Below, one piece after another: positions 12,975-27,359 of a stretch of DNA of 64,000 bases. The translations under genes and the position numbers were made by a program. Every line of letters starts with the position of its first letter. Position 1 is the first letter of the stretch. Below the pieces are notes generated by a model. That model was given only the letters and a program-made list of their open reading frames with translations. It ran no database searches and was not told where the DNA came from. This DNA is from Rhizophagus irregularis (taxonomy: Eukaryota), in contig NC_089432.1 of NCBI RefSeq assembly GCF_026210795.1, forward strand, positions 2,604,001-2,668,000. The letters run 5' to 3'.

Positions 12975-15266
12975 CTAATTTTTTTTAAGTATTATTAACC
13001 TATTTAGAGCTTTTTGAAATCCTTGCTTAGCAGATTGTTCATACCAATAAATTGCTTTGTCCATATCTTCTTCGATTCCGTCTCCCTTCTCATACATAAC
13101 AGCAAGTTTATATTGTGCAACATCCTCTCCTAAATTTGCGGCTTTTTGATGTAATTCAACTGCCCTTTTTTTATCAATACTTATTCCAATTCCGTCACTG
13201 TAACAATATCCTAACATCATTATTCCGATTGGATGTTCTCCTTCAGCTGATTTTTTAAATAATTCAAAAGCTTTTTGATAATCTTCATCAACACCTTTTC
13301 CTAGTATATATATAAGTCCAAGACAAAGCATAGCTGCCAAATGTCCATTATTTGCAGCTTTTTTATGCCAATTAGAAGCTATTTTTAAATCTTTTTCAAC
13401 ACATTTTCCAATATAATAAAAATAACCTAATTTATATTGTCCCATTGCATGATCTTCATTAGCTATTTTTTCATAATATACAAATGCTAGTTTTTCATCC
13501 TTTGTAATCATTCCATGTCCAAATTCATAACATTTCCCAACATAATATTGTGCTAATATATGATTCTGTACCGATGCATTAATAAATAAATTAAATGCTC
13601 TCCCATCATCCGCGGGTGTTCCAATTCCATAACAATTAAAATATCCAAGTAAAAAAATGGAATTTGAATTGGTTTGGTTATATGATAGCCAATTATAGAT
13701 TCCTTCTGAATTTATATTATGGTTATTAAGATAATCAAGAACATGCTGTTTTGACTCATCTTTTCTATTTTCTTCCCTAAAAATAAGATCAACTATTTCA
13801 TCAACTGTTATGCTTAAATTCTTCTCAGATGAAATATTTATATTAATTTGATTATTTGTAGACATCATATATATTTCATTTGCATTTGTATTATTGAAAT
13901 TTTGAATAGTTTGAGACAATTCTCCATGCAATGAATTTTCTATACTATTTGGAATTAAACTTTTATTTGACGTAGGAATAGTTTGATTAAATATATCTTG
14001 TTGATAAATTGTTGCACTACTTGAATTTAGAAATATTCTTAATCTATTAACAACTTCATGTATTGATGGACGTTTATTTTGATTACCATTCCAGCATTCT
14101 AATAATTAAATATAGAATATGTATTTGATTATACTTATGATAAAAAATAAATATAAAAATAAACAGTGAAATCAAACTTACCAGTATAAAGATTAGAATA
14201 ATCATTAGGAGTATCGGAAATAATTTCCTCTCTTCGACCTTGAGAAATTTTATACATTAAACTAAGATCATAATTTTCTTCATGAAATGGTGGTTTCCCA
14301 CTTGATATTTCCCATAACAATACGCCAATACTATATACATCGCTCTTTTCATTTAGTTTTAAATTGTCCGTTATTGCTTTCGGATCGATATAAGGAACCT
14401 TACCAAGTACTCTTGATTGTGAATTAGATGCTTCATCAATCCTTTTCGATAACCCAAAGTCTGCCAACTTAATGGAATTCTGATGAACCAATACATTACA
14501 AGAATGCTATAACACAAATAGTATAAATTAACTGTTAACTTAATTCATGAAATGTTAATTTTTTAATAAAAAAATTACCAAGTCTCTGTGAATAATCCCT
14601 TCATCATGTAGGCATAGTATAGAACAAGCCAATTGGTATGCCAAACTATATTTATTATCCCATGTAAGTATATAGAAGTTATTCTTCAAATAGTCACGAA
14701 GAGTACCACTGTCTGCATATTCCATTACCAACAAATAATTTTTTGTTTGATTAATTATATTTTCTAATAAAAATAATCATAATTAATTTTTTGATAAAAA
14801 ATAAATAAAAATAAATAAATTTAACGTCTTATTTCTTTAATCGTTATTAAATATTTTACGATACTCTTATCATACCTGACCCGAATTTTGTAATCCCATA
14901 AAAGCGAATAATGTTACCATGAAAATCTACATCTCGTTGAAGTTTAAGCTAAATTATGAACGTGCAATAATTAAAAAAAACAAAAATAAATATTTTTAAA
15001 AATTATGTAATCAAATTTTCTAATAATAATAAAATTACCTCATGAACAATTTCTTTTAAAGTAATTTTATTAAGATTATAAAAAGATTTTAACGCTAAAT
15101 AATTATCAAAATTTTTCCAATTTGCACGGAAAACTTTTCCAAATGCTCCGGAACCAATTTCTTGAATATTTTTAAAAATTTCAAATTCATAATATTTAAT
15201 ATGTTTTTTACTTATAGCTTCTTCAATCCAGTTAATCCAATCATCCACATTTTCATTATTTTGCAT
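12975..15266 (-). CDS. TKL-type protein kinase fused to about 6 Sel1-like repeats, apparently intact, 5 exons
   Basis: ATG at 15266 (MQNNEN); GSGAFGKV, HRDL, DFG; terminal exon includes the 318-aa Sel1 ORF ending at 12975. Confidence 0.92.
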
Positions 15267-16299
15267 TTTATTATTATTGTTATTATTCGAAATAGTGAAT
15301 AGAGTAAACAATAAGAATTTTTGACGGTGAAAGTATGAAAGTAAAAAAAAAAAATTTTTATTCTAATTATGGAGTTGTGTAAACTTAAGTATTACGTAAC
15401 AAACCTAAATTAATTGTTGATCAACCGCAGTCCGCAGTATTTATAATGAATATTACGCCTGATGAATTATCTAAAATCTGTGCACTAAATAAATATAATT
15501 AATTGTCCACTCAAATATAAGTGACTAAATTTAATATATTTCAGACAAATATAATAATTTGATTAGTCCGGAGGACTTCAATACTGCACGCAGAATGAGT
15601 GCGATAGATGATTTGCTCTTTTCGATGTATGATCGTGATCTTCGTCACGTGATCAAAATAATTGTTGTTCTGCTTTGTCTTAAATTCTCTCTTGCTAAAT
15701 TTACCTGCAAATAAAAATGCTGGTAAGCGATTTAATAAGCGTAAACCTTGAGAAAATAAAGTTAACCGTATTGATATTTAATTAACGTTATATTGACATT
15801 TTATATTAATTATAACTTATAGGAATAATTCTCATTTCTCTTAATATTGTTTTCATTATGTGAAAGAATTTTTATAGAAAATATTATATATAAAATTATT
15901 CTAATAAGTTACATACAATATATATATAAGAATATAATGTATATACATATACGGTATATCACGTCATTTTTCGTAAAACGGGTTTTTTTTCGCAGGATAT
16001 TTGGAATTAACAATAAAAGAAACAATGAAATTTATCTGGACAACTCCTTTAACCCCAAAAAATCCATCTCAGATGTCTTAAAAGACAAAGATATGTTAGT
16101 AACGTATATCTCCATATTTAATATCAGCTATGAAATTTTTTAATATATAAATAATTAACAGAAACAAAATAATCAATTCAATAAATCATAATTTTATTAA
16201 ATAATTCAATAAATTCTGGTATTTGGAAAGGTGACGTTTCAATAATTCTATCTAAATTGTAGTAATAAATAAAGCAAAAATGGTTTTAATAATTTTTAC

Positions 16300-16730
16300 A
16301 TAAGTTTCTAACATATTTTCTTAAGTAATTTTAAGCTTTTGATATCCTTTATTTATATCTCTTTCAATTTCAATCTCCATCTTGATTTTCTAAATTTGCG
16401 GCATTTTGGTATAATTTCAATACTAATTCATTCCAATACTATAACAAAGTCTTAGCATCATTATTCCAAGTGAATACTTATAATTCAATGGCTTTTCGAT
16501 AATTTTTATCAACATCATCTAAATATGAAAATCTCAAGATTACACGGTTATCAAATATCCATTATTTGTGCCTAACAAGCAGCTATTCTTTAAATCTTTT
16601 TTAATATATATTCCGTTCTTATAAAAAAACCTACTTTAATTATCCTATTATATAATCATTATCACCACTTCTTCATGATATTCATATACAAGTTTTCATT
16701 TTGTAATTAATATATGATTCTGTTTCGATG
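16300..16730 (-). pseudogene. Highly decayed Sel1-repeat remnant
   Basis: Patchy similarity to the Sel1 exon of 12975-13931 with many indels. Confidence 0.6.
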
Positions 16731-17619
16731 CTATACACTTGTCTTACTGAAAATTTTTTCTTTTTTACTTATCATCGCATTCTTTGAAGACGCGACTTGA
16801 AACACGTTCCTGAAGCCACCGCAAGAAAAGAAAGAAGTAAAATATGTCAACCGTTCATGTTCATTTATACTCGGTAAAGAAAGAACCATAACCTGATTTT
16901 GGCTACACATTAGGTATTTTATCCTTACTTTATATCTATAATGTGATTATCGAGGAATGAATAAATTTAAAAAATTTTGTTGGTCGTTATCACTGTTTAC
17001 GATTAGCGTATTTATGATTTGTCGATCAATTATCTAAAAAAAAAATAGTAAAAATTATTCGCGAAGTCATTTTCTTTCAATTTCTTAATTTTATTAAACT
17101 TCATAACTCAAAGTATTAAAAATTTAGAATTTTATATCAATTTGAATGATAAATAACGATAAGGTTTTTTTTAGCAACCAAATTTTTTTACTTTTCATAA
17201 AAATCTAACGAAAAAAATTTAATCTTCTATACGATTTGTTATTCTTTCTTAATAAATTCATTTTATAATTTGTATATGATAGTTTTATATTACTTATTGT
17301 TTTGTATTTTAATAAGTTTTTATTTTTATTTTCTTTCGGTTTTGTTTTCAGCATTTTTTTCTTAGACAAATCACTAGATCACAGTAATTCGAAGACTACG
17401 ATAAAATATGAAGGTAACGGTAATGGAAGTTTCCCTCAGAAATAATTCATTTTTAATTTTAGTTAGAGAATTTCCATAATCAACATTTACAAGATTTAGT
17501 CTTTTTTAAAAAGTACGATAGTTTTAAAAGTTTAACAAAAATAACAGTAATTCGTCATTAATACTCAATTTAAATTATTATGTAATGATATAATTTATAA
17601 ATAAATGAAAATAATTTTA

Positions 17620-18810
17620 GCTAATTTTACAAATTCTTTTCTCCTAAAGTTTATTAGCATCTTGATATCCTTTTTAAGCAGATTTTTTTATACCAATAAA
17701 TTGCTTTATCTAATTTTTTTCATCGTAGCAAGATTTTATTGAGTCAAATATGCAGCTTTTCGATACAACTTAGGATATTGTGCCAGTAATGGAATAGAAA
17801 TTAATATTGATAAGCAAAAAGCAGCTAACATCGTTATTCCCCTGGATATTCTCACACCTTCAGCTGATTTTTTATATAGTTACAAAAGCTTTTTGATGAT
17901 TTTTATCAACACCGTTTCCATCATTATATAGGTGGCTAAGATTAAATATAGCTGTCAAATGTCCACTATTTGCAGCTTTTTTCATATCAATGTGCAGTTA
18001 TTTTAAAATTTTTTTTTATTATTTTTTATCCTTTGTTTCATAATATTCGTTTGTCATTTTTTGTGATTCTGTCTCTCTGTCTCCATATGGATGACAATAT
18101 CCAACAAAATATTGTGCTAATAATATATGATTCTCTTCCGATTCATTAATAAATAATTTAAATACTCTTTCCTCATTTTCGATTGTTCCAATTCCATAAT
18201 AGTTAAAATATCCAAGTAAAAAATGGAATTTAGATTGTTTTGATTATTTAATAACCAATTGTAAATTTCTTTTGAATTTATATTATGATTACTAAGATAA
18301 TAAAAAACATGTTGTTCCATCACAATTCTTTTTTATTAACCTTTTTAAAAATAAGATCATTTATTTTATTAACTATTATTCTTAAGTTTTTATCAGATGA
18401 AATATTTTTATTAACTTGGTTGCAATTTTGAATCATTCGTGAAAATTTCCATATAGTGAATTTCTCGTACTATTTAGAATTTAATTTTCATTTGATATAA
18501 AAATATATTATTATTTTCTTGATAAATTATTACGTTATTTGAATTTAGAAATATTCCTAATCTATTAACAATTTCATGTATAGATAATCGTTTATTTCGC
18601 TCACCATTCCAACATTCTAGTTATTAAAAAAATATGAATTCAATTAAAATATTACTAATAAATAGTGAAACCCTACCGGTATAAAGATTAGAATAATCAT
18701 TAAGAGTGTTAGAAATAATTTTTTCCCTTCGACCTTGTGAAATTTTCTAAGATCTTAATTTTCTTATGAAATGGTGGTTTTCCACTTGTATAAAGCCAAT
18801 ACTATATCTT
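17620..18810 (-). pseudogene. Kinase-Sel1 pseudogene (kinase C-terminus plus Sel1 exon)
   Basis: SGKPPFH, ISQGRRE, ECWNGE and NSKEIYNWLLNNQ motifs, with frameshifts and stops; 5' kinase exons missing. Confidence 0.85.
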
Positions 18811-20268
18811 CTAATTTAAACCAATTTATTAAAAATATCATATAATTTATATATTTATTTAAATTAATTGGTAAAAGAGAAAAGAATACAGGTTTCTAGT
18901 GAGGGATAAGAAATTGTGAAATATTAATAAAATTCATCAAAGTTCAAATAAAAAGCTTCAAAAAATTAATTTACTAAAAGATTGCGAGCTTTATTCATTT
19001 TGTTTTAGGAAATAACTAATTAATAATACATGTAAAAATTTTTAGAATTTCTGAAGTCACATGTTTTAAAAGTAAGTAGTCATAACTAAACCACGGGTAT
19101 AAGCCTACAATAAAATATTTATTATAAATCATCATCTTATTGGTTTTTTACTCTTTCAAATTTATCAAAGAACCACTTTATGTTATTTATTCGTGAGAAT
19201 TTTAAATATCATCTATCTGTTTCCTTATTTTCAGCAAAAATTGAGTTAATTAATATAATATCATGTAAATTGCAAAAGGTTCTTGATATTTTACAATGAG
19301 AATTGAATTTAATTCTAAATTTAATGACTATTCAATAAAGACAAAAAAATGGGAAATCAATTACACTTCCCAGATAATTCTGGTTACGAAAATACTACTA
19401 TTAACTAGCCTTATTTAGTAACTTAATAAAAGTTGGATATTACTTTTGATCCGGATGATATTAACTTTGTAATAAAAGATTCAAATCAACACATGATAAA
19501 GTTCATCATCAAAAGCTTATTATCATGAAATTTTTTTTCTGCAACATTATGAAATAAAAGTTTTTTCGTTAACTAGTATAGATTTTTTAACTTATTTTAT
19601 TTTTTTAAAAAAAAGAAAAAAGAATTGGTAATTATCTTCGAAATTTCAGATTTCATTAGTTATCTTGAACTCAGCGCTTTAAAAAAAAATAAAAAACGTT
19701 AAAAAAACTTTTTTTATTAAAAAAAATAAATGAAAATGAAATTTCACAATTAAAGTTGCGAAACTTACTATTTCTCATACTTACGCCAAATACTGTACCC
19801 AAAAAACAAAAACATTCAGTTAGTAAAGTTTTGTTCTTTAAAATAAATAACAAAAAAGTTACTTAAATCCAACACGTTTAGACCCAAAGAACAAGCCATC
19901 TAAAAAAGAAAGAAATGAAACGTTAGATAATATTATATTATAAGGAATAAATTCCCTCTTACCAAAATATACGTGTCTAAAAATCACAAGAACAGAAAGA
20001 AGCATTAGTGACTTCGTCATTGTTTCATTAAAAATAAATAATTAAATGGTACCTTACCATCCAAATACTTGAAAACTAAACTGTTGTCAAAAGAAAAAAA
20101 GATGTGTCATTAGAAATAGAAACAATTTGTTCGTTAAAACAAAAAAAAAAAAGGAAATTATAAAATATAAGTTAAAATAAGAATTTACTGAAAGATTTTG
20201 TGTCTACAGATGTTTGTTAAGGATATATAAATAATGCCTCAAAAATATTATTTCAACACATAAAAATA

Positions 20269-20830
20269 ATGGAAAAAAATGAAAAATTGTTTCTTAAATA
20301 TATTTTAAGACATAAACATAACTGTGACTGGTATCTTTGCAATGAAAGCTTTACTCTATTGCGGGAACTTGAAGAACTTATTAAAGAACATAAGAGAATC
20401 CATCCCGAAGAACCACCTTATAAATGCGTTTGTGGGAAAAGTTTTACCCAAAAATCTGGACTTAACAGACATAAGAAAATCCATACTGATGAACGACCAA
20501 TTTGATAACTGTAAGAAGCGGTTTAGGGAAAGATCCAAATTAACAACTCATCAAAGAATTCTTTACAATATTAAGCCTTACATTTGCAATTTTCCTAATT
20601 GTACACGTTCTTTTAGTGATGTAAGAAGCATAATTTTTTATATTTAATATTTTATATTACTAACAATCAAAAACAAATAAAACTGATATTAATACTTTAT
20701 TTTAGTCATCGGCTTTTAAAAGACATAAAAGAACTCATTCTGGAGAAAAGCCCTACAAATGTTTAAAATGTGGAAGAACTTTTACAAGATGTTACTATGT
20801 TAATAACTTTCATCAAAATAAATGTAAAAA
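20269..20830 (+). pseudogene. C2H2 zinc-finger gene (about 5 fingers) with a frameshift
   Basis: [27 protein letters not shown], then a frame change at about 20500 into NCKKRFRERSKLTTHQR and YICNFPNCTRSFSD, an intron (20621-20705), then SSAFKRHKRTHSGEKPYKCLKC. 3' end approximate. Confidence 0.75.
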
Positions 20831-21706
20831 TGAAATTTTTTATTACGATAAAAATGAACTTTTTAAATATAGTAAAATTGTAATAATGTTATTCTGTATG
20901 TATCAGCACTTATCATTTCATACTATAAAAAATTGGTCAAATAGTAAGGATAGTTTATGTAAGTCAGACAAGAAATTAGGTATAGCGCGTCGGCATTATA
21001 ATTGTTTTTTATATTTTTATTATTATTATCTAATTGATATTAAATTTAAGTAAAAAATAAAAGAAGTTTATAGAAATTTAGACAATTAGCTTTAAAGTTA
21101 TAAATTAGTTTTAAAATAATTCTGTTAGCAAATTTTTTTTAATTGAACAAGATTTGCATATGAAGATATTTGTGCGAATTTCTTGTTTGGTAATAAAGTA
21201 ATTTAAATAAATATTTCTTGTTTCTATAATTTTACAGACAACAAAGTTGATTTTTCATTAATACTAATAATTAATTCAGTAGTGTTTTTTATTTATATAT
21301 ACAAAACACAATAAAATTATGTATTGATGGATTAATTGTTTTATTGTTCGCCTAATCTACCTGATTTACATTTATCAGTGGTATTAGAATTCTAAATAAC
21401 AAAATTCGGACAAGCAATCTCAAGTGGAAATAAGTGACTATACATATACTATGCAAATAATGACCATCTTCATTCGATGTATTCAGAAAATTACATGAGT
21501 GTGTTATAATTGTGTCCTCTAGAAAACCCCTCAAGATCTACGTAAAGTAATCAACACTGGTATCATTGATCAATATCGTTAATTTTTTCGCTTTTAATTT
21601 CTTCACGGTAAATTTGGTGGATAGAACATTCTGATCGACATTCTTTAATCGGTATAGACAAATAAAAATGGTAAGATCGGTACTGGTCAAATTTGGTAAT
21701 GTGGAT

Positions 21707-22754
21707 TAGTGTTAAGATCCGGATGAATCCGTGATCTGTTAATCCGATTCATAATTAATTTTGTAAATTCGGATGTCCGTAGCAGACCTGCGGATCATCC
21801 GGATTATCCACCAATATTTATCCGGATCACGATTTTTTTTCTATTGTAACCAGATTTTAAATAAAAATTTAATAAAATTGATATTATCAATTATCAATTA
21901 TCTTCGTAGAAACAATTTAGTCTATAGATTAGATAAGTAGATACAAAACCTATATGTATATTTGTATATTATACAATTATTACTAATAAAGAAATGTAAA
22001 AAAAAAAATTAATGCCTTTTTTATGGGGGCCTTCAACATAAACCTACAAATTCCGGACATAGTAAAAATTCAGATAATTTGAGCTGGGCAAATTCCGGAC
22101 ATGAAAAAATTCTGGACAAATTCTGGATGCTACTTCCAAAAAAGGATAAATTAATTTTGTAAAAAAATGCAAAAAGCACAAGACTGACATTCATAACCTT
22201 CTTTGTCATACTAATTAAATTTGCTAAGCAGGCAAAAATACTATATATCTATGATATAAAACTTTAAGTTAAAAGCAATTATAATGATGGTCACCTGTTG
22301 ATCATCTTTTTGTGCCAAATTTTATGAAAAAATATTTCAGGTCAATTTCCGGACAAATTCTGGACAAAATGAGTGTCCAGAAATGAGTGTGTTTTCAGAA
22401 CAATTTCCGAACATGGTACCTGGCATTTTCTGGACATTTTCCGGACAATTTCTGGACAATTTCTGAACACTTATTTTTTATAGGGTTTAGATTAGGTGGT
22501 GAAAACTCTCCTTTTTGTATACAACAATGTGATATTTTATTTTTTGAGGTTTGTGATAAAACTTTTAAAATCAAAGTTTGGAAAGTAACATTAATTCTAA
22601 TTTCCATATTAATAACGGATCATTCAGATTGATCCTTTTTTTCTATCTGGATTCATTCGTCATCTGACTGAAATTCTAACAGATGATCCAAATTAATTTT
22701 GAATCAGATATCTGTCAGATTGACAGAATAACCTTGACCCGGATTGTAACACTA
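21707..22754. mobile_element. Non-autonomous hAT element
   Basis: TAGTGTTA...TAACACTA ends; perfect 8-bp TSD ATGTGGAT (21699-21706, 22755-22762); many subterminal ATCCG/CGGAT motifs. Confidence 0.85.
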
Positions 22755-23856
22755 ATGTGGATGACTCATGTGATGCATTAACGCCCATCCAACTCTCAAT
22801 GTTCGGGTCCTAGTAAACTGCATTGACATTTGACACCTATTTTACAACCGCACTTGGAAATTAACATAAAGTGCCCAGCCTGGCCTGGCCCAGACTTAAT
22901 ATATTGAAAACCTGGTCTAGACTTGACCTGAACTTTTATTATATCATTTTGTTGTAAGAACAAAAAAATTGCCAACTTAATTTTGGCCAGAATTACAAAA
23001 ATCTGGGTTTAATGAAAAATCATGTGCTGGCCCGGCCCTGGCCTGGATGAATTTTGAAAAAAGTTTGCCAGCCCAAATCCAGATTCAGGTTCAGGTTACT
23101 ACGGCCAGGTTAGAGTTTTTGGATTTTGGGTCCCATTATTTGCAGACCTATAGTGAACTGTACACTTTTATATTTTATTTTAGTTCATATTACTTGACAT
23201 AGTTATATATTTTAAATGATAAGATAAAACCCATTTATTTAATGTAGAATTTACTTATCTTTTATTTACATTTGATTCAATTTCAAACTAAAATTTTAAT
23301 TTAAATTCATTAATTACTTGGACTATATATATACTATAATATAGCAAAATTAATAAATATAGGGATATAAACCATATAAGTATTACTTATCCCCTACCAT
23401 TTACACAATAGTAAGTGTTTTATAGTATATTGTGAGTATAATATAGTATATTTTATTGTTAAATCTTATTTTTCTTTCACTTGGTTTTTTTTTATTTAAA
23501 AGATTTTAAAAAGCTTCAGAACTATTACTATTACACTTGAAAAATAATATTGAGATTACAAATAAATTAAAAGAAAGTTTTTCTCATTTGGAAAATGCAA
23601 ATCTTTCCGAATTACTCAAATTATCAATCAGCCTATTTATAGTATAATCAATAGTTAATATCACAAAATTTCCTAAAAACGGATAAATAAATATATACAA
23701 AATTTGCCGATCAGGAGATAATACAAATAAATAATAAATATGCATTACATCAACATCTAAAAAGCAAATATAATATGCAATAAAATTCTATAAAGATTAA
23801 ATAAGTAATATAAAGCTTATATGCTTTATTATACAAAAGTCATAACACTATACTTA

Positions 23857-24229
23857 GGCTGCTCCAATTTAATAGTTTGTTTAACGTCCTAACTTTATAT
23901 AAAAATTGAGGGGAGGGAGGGGGTCAAATTAAGTAAACATTTAAAAATAAACATAGTTTTTTCTTTATTACTCAATGCATTTTTACTAAAAATACATCTT
24001 AATTTATTACAGATAATGCAATTAATAAGTTTACATATATTACTTTTATTAATTATACCATTTTCTTTGGTAGATTCAAATACACTGGAAAGAAATTCTT
24101 TTAAATATTATACAGATCGGTGATGTTATTATAAGTCACGTGATATAACATATGTTTGTTTATTTTTAAAAATTTTTCAAAAATGAGGGGGGTGGGGTAT
24201 GTTAAACAAACTATTAAATTGGAGTGGTC
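23857..24229. mobile_element. PIF/Harbinger-type MITE
   Basis: About 29-bp imperfect TIRs (core CTCCAATTTAATAGTTTGTTTAAC), flanked by TTA on both sides. Confidence 0.8.
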
Positions 24230-24594
24230 TTAGCTATACTTAGCCTAATAATATAATAATAGATTGATTATTACTTAACTCATTTATAATGAATCTTATA
24301 TAAGTAAATAGACATCTGTTTACTGTAAGCAATCACCAATAGATGAAAATTTTTATTAATTTGTGAAATAAATTTCAAATTTTAAATTATGAGTTGCAAT
24401 TTAAAAATATTTAAAAAGTAAAATTAAAATAATTATTTAGTATTGTATAAATATTCATATTCCAATTTTTAAGATTTTTAATTTATTTTAGCATCTTGAT
24501 CTCCTTGTTCAGCTAATTTATTGTACTAATAGATTGCTTTATTTATATTTTTATCAGTTTCTTCTCCATACTCATATATAAAAGTAAGGTTATA

Positions 24595-27359
24595 TTAAGC
24601 TGTCTTATTTCTTAAATCTGCTGCTTTTTGATACAATTCAAATGCTTTTTTCTCATCAATATCAGTTCCAATTCCATCTTTATAACAATCTCCTAAATTA
24701 TCCATTCCAGATGAATTTCCTAAATCTGCTGCCTTTTGATATAATTCAAATGCTTTTTTCTTATCAATATCAGTTCCAATTCCATCTTTATAACAATCTC
24801 CTAAATTATCCATTCCAGATGAATTTCCTAAATCTGCTGCTTTTTGATACAATTCAAATGCTTTTTTCTCATTAATATCAGTTCCAATTCCATATTGATA
24901 ACAATATCCTAAATTATTCATTCCAGATAAATTTTCTAATTCTGCTGCTTTTTCATATAATTCAAATGCTTTTTTCTCATCGATATCAGTTCCAATTCCA
25001 TATTGATAACAATATCCTAAATTATCCATTCCAGATGAATTTCCTAATTCTGCTGCCTTTTGATATAATTCAAATGCTTTTTTCTCATCAATATCAATTC
25101 CAATTCCATCTTGATAACAAACGCCTAAACTATTTATTCCATCTACATCTCCTAAATCTACTGCCTTTTTATATAATTCAAATGCTTTTTTCTCATCAAT
25201 ATCAGTTCCAATTCCATGTTCATAACAATATCCTAAATTATTCATTCCTGATGAATTTCCTAATTCTGCTGCCTTTTTATATAATTCAAATGCTTTTTTC
25301 TCATCAATATCAATTCCAATTCCATCTTGATAACAATTTCCTAAATTATTCATTCCTGATGAATTTCCTAATTCTGCTGCCTTTTTATATAATTCAAATG
25401 CTTTTTTCTCATCAATATCAATTCCAATTCCATCTTGATAACAATTTCCTAAATTATTCATTCCAGGTGAATTTCCTAAATCTGCTGCCTTTCGATATAA
25501 TTCAAATGCTTTTTTCTCATCAATATCAGTTCCAATTCCATGTTCATAATAATATCCTAAATTATTTATTCCAACTGCATTTCCTAAATCTGCTGACATT
25601 TGTGTCATTTGAAATGCCATTTTTTTATCAATATTAGTTCCAATCCCCTCTTCATAACAATTTCCTAAATTATTCATTCCAAATGCATTTTTTAAATCTG
25701 CTGCTTTTTGATATAGTTCAAATGCTTTTTGTTTATCAATACTGATTCCAATTCCTAAATAGTTAAAATGTCCAAGTAAAGCAATATAATTTGAATTATT
25801 TTGATTGTTTAATAATAAATTATAAATTTTTTGTAAGTCCATATTATGATTATCAAGGTAATTTAGGATTATCTGTTTTCCTATTTCATAACAATCATTC
25901 TCAAGAAGATTAATTATATCATTAACTATTATATTAAAGCTATTTTCAAAACTGTTATTTGATGATATTGAAGTTTCTATATCTTTCGTATTCATCATAC
26001 TACAATTTTGAATAACTTGAGATAATTCTCCATGTAATGAATTAGTACTTTCAGAAATTTCAACATCTAAAATTGGCTGTTGACTATTTGATGATTGAAT
26101 ATCCTTGTTATTATCATATAAGTGAAAATCTTTTATAATTATATTTTTTTTTGTTATAATTGCTTTTAATTCATCAACTACTTGATTGATAGTTGGTCGA
26201 TTATCAGGTTCAATATTCCAGCAATCTACAGAAAATTTATCTTTAATTAATTAAAATTATATGGTTTATAAATCATATAAATGTAATTTTATACATACCA
26301 GTATAAATTTTTATATATTCTTTAGGTGTATCATGAGTGGGTGTTTCTCTAAGGTCTTGTAAAATACTTGAAATTAAACTAAAATCATGTGATTTACCAT
26401 GAAAAGGAGGCTGACAACTGGCTATTTCCCATAATAATACGCCAATGCTATAGACATCACTTTTATTATTTAATATATATGGCGTTGTTGTACTTCTGTT
26501 AAAACTTTTTGGATCAATATAAGGAATTAATCCAAATATTTTTGATTGAGAGTTGGATGTTTCCTCAATTCTTTTTGATAAGCCAAAATCTGCTAATTTA
26601 ATAGTATTCTGATGGACTAACACATTATTAGAGTGCTATTTAATTACATTAAAATAGAATAAGATAAACTAATCATTAAAATACATTACGCAATCATAAT
26701 AAGATGTAAATTAATTACCAAATCACGATGCACGATCCCTTCGTTATGCAAACATGATACTGCACAAACCAGTTGGAATGCAAGATTGAATTTATCATTC
26801 CAAGTGAGTTTTTCCAAATTTACTTTCAAATATTTTCGGAGAGTACCATTGTCGGCATATTCCATTACTAACAAATACTCTTTTTTTTGGATTTCTTTTT
26901 TTTTTAAAAAAAAACAATTTAATTAATCATATTTAATATAAAAAAAAAAATATTACTAGAATTTTTGATACCTATACTGGAAGTTGTGGATGTGACACCA
27001 TAAAAACGGATAAAATTATCATGAAAATCAACTTCATGCTGAAGTTGAATCTAGCAATAAATAGTTTGTTGATATCAGAAATGTACATATATAAATTGAA
27101 ATATATTCGATATTAAAATTACCTCACGAACAATTGCTTTAAGTGTAGCGTCATTGAAAATAAAAAAGGATTTTAGTGCACAATGTTTGTAATAATTCTT
27201 CCAAATTGCACGATAAACTTTTCCAAGGCCTCCGAAACCAATTTCTTGCGGATTACAAAATTGGTCAAATTCATAATACTTAATAAGTTTTTTAGAAATT
27301 GCATCTTCAATCCAATTACACTCATTTGAGTTTTTAGTAAGTTCAGTGTTATTAGACAT
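24595..27359 (-). CDS. TKL-type kinase fused to 11 highly similar Sel1 repeats (a 12th repeat is lost to premature stops)
   Basis: Five exons splice in frame: GFGGLGKV, HRDL|HSNN, DFG, DCWNIEPDNRP, then 36-aa (108-bp) Sel1 units. Confidence 0.9.

Noticed and set aside
22810..23150. Possible hAT element with CCTGGCC/GGCCAG motifs
   Set aside because: Only one plausible terminus; TIR pair and TSD not convincing.
24642..25637. Plus-strand repetitive ORFs (77 and 223 aa)
   Set aside because: Antisense shadows of the 108-bp Sel1 repeats.
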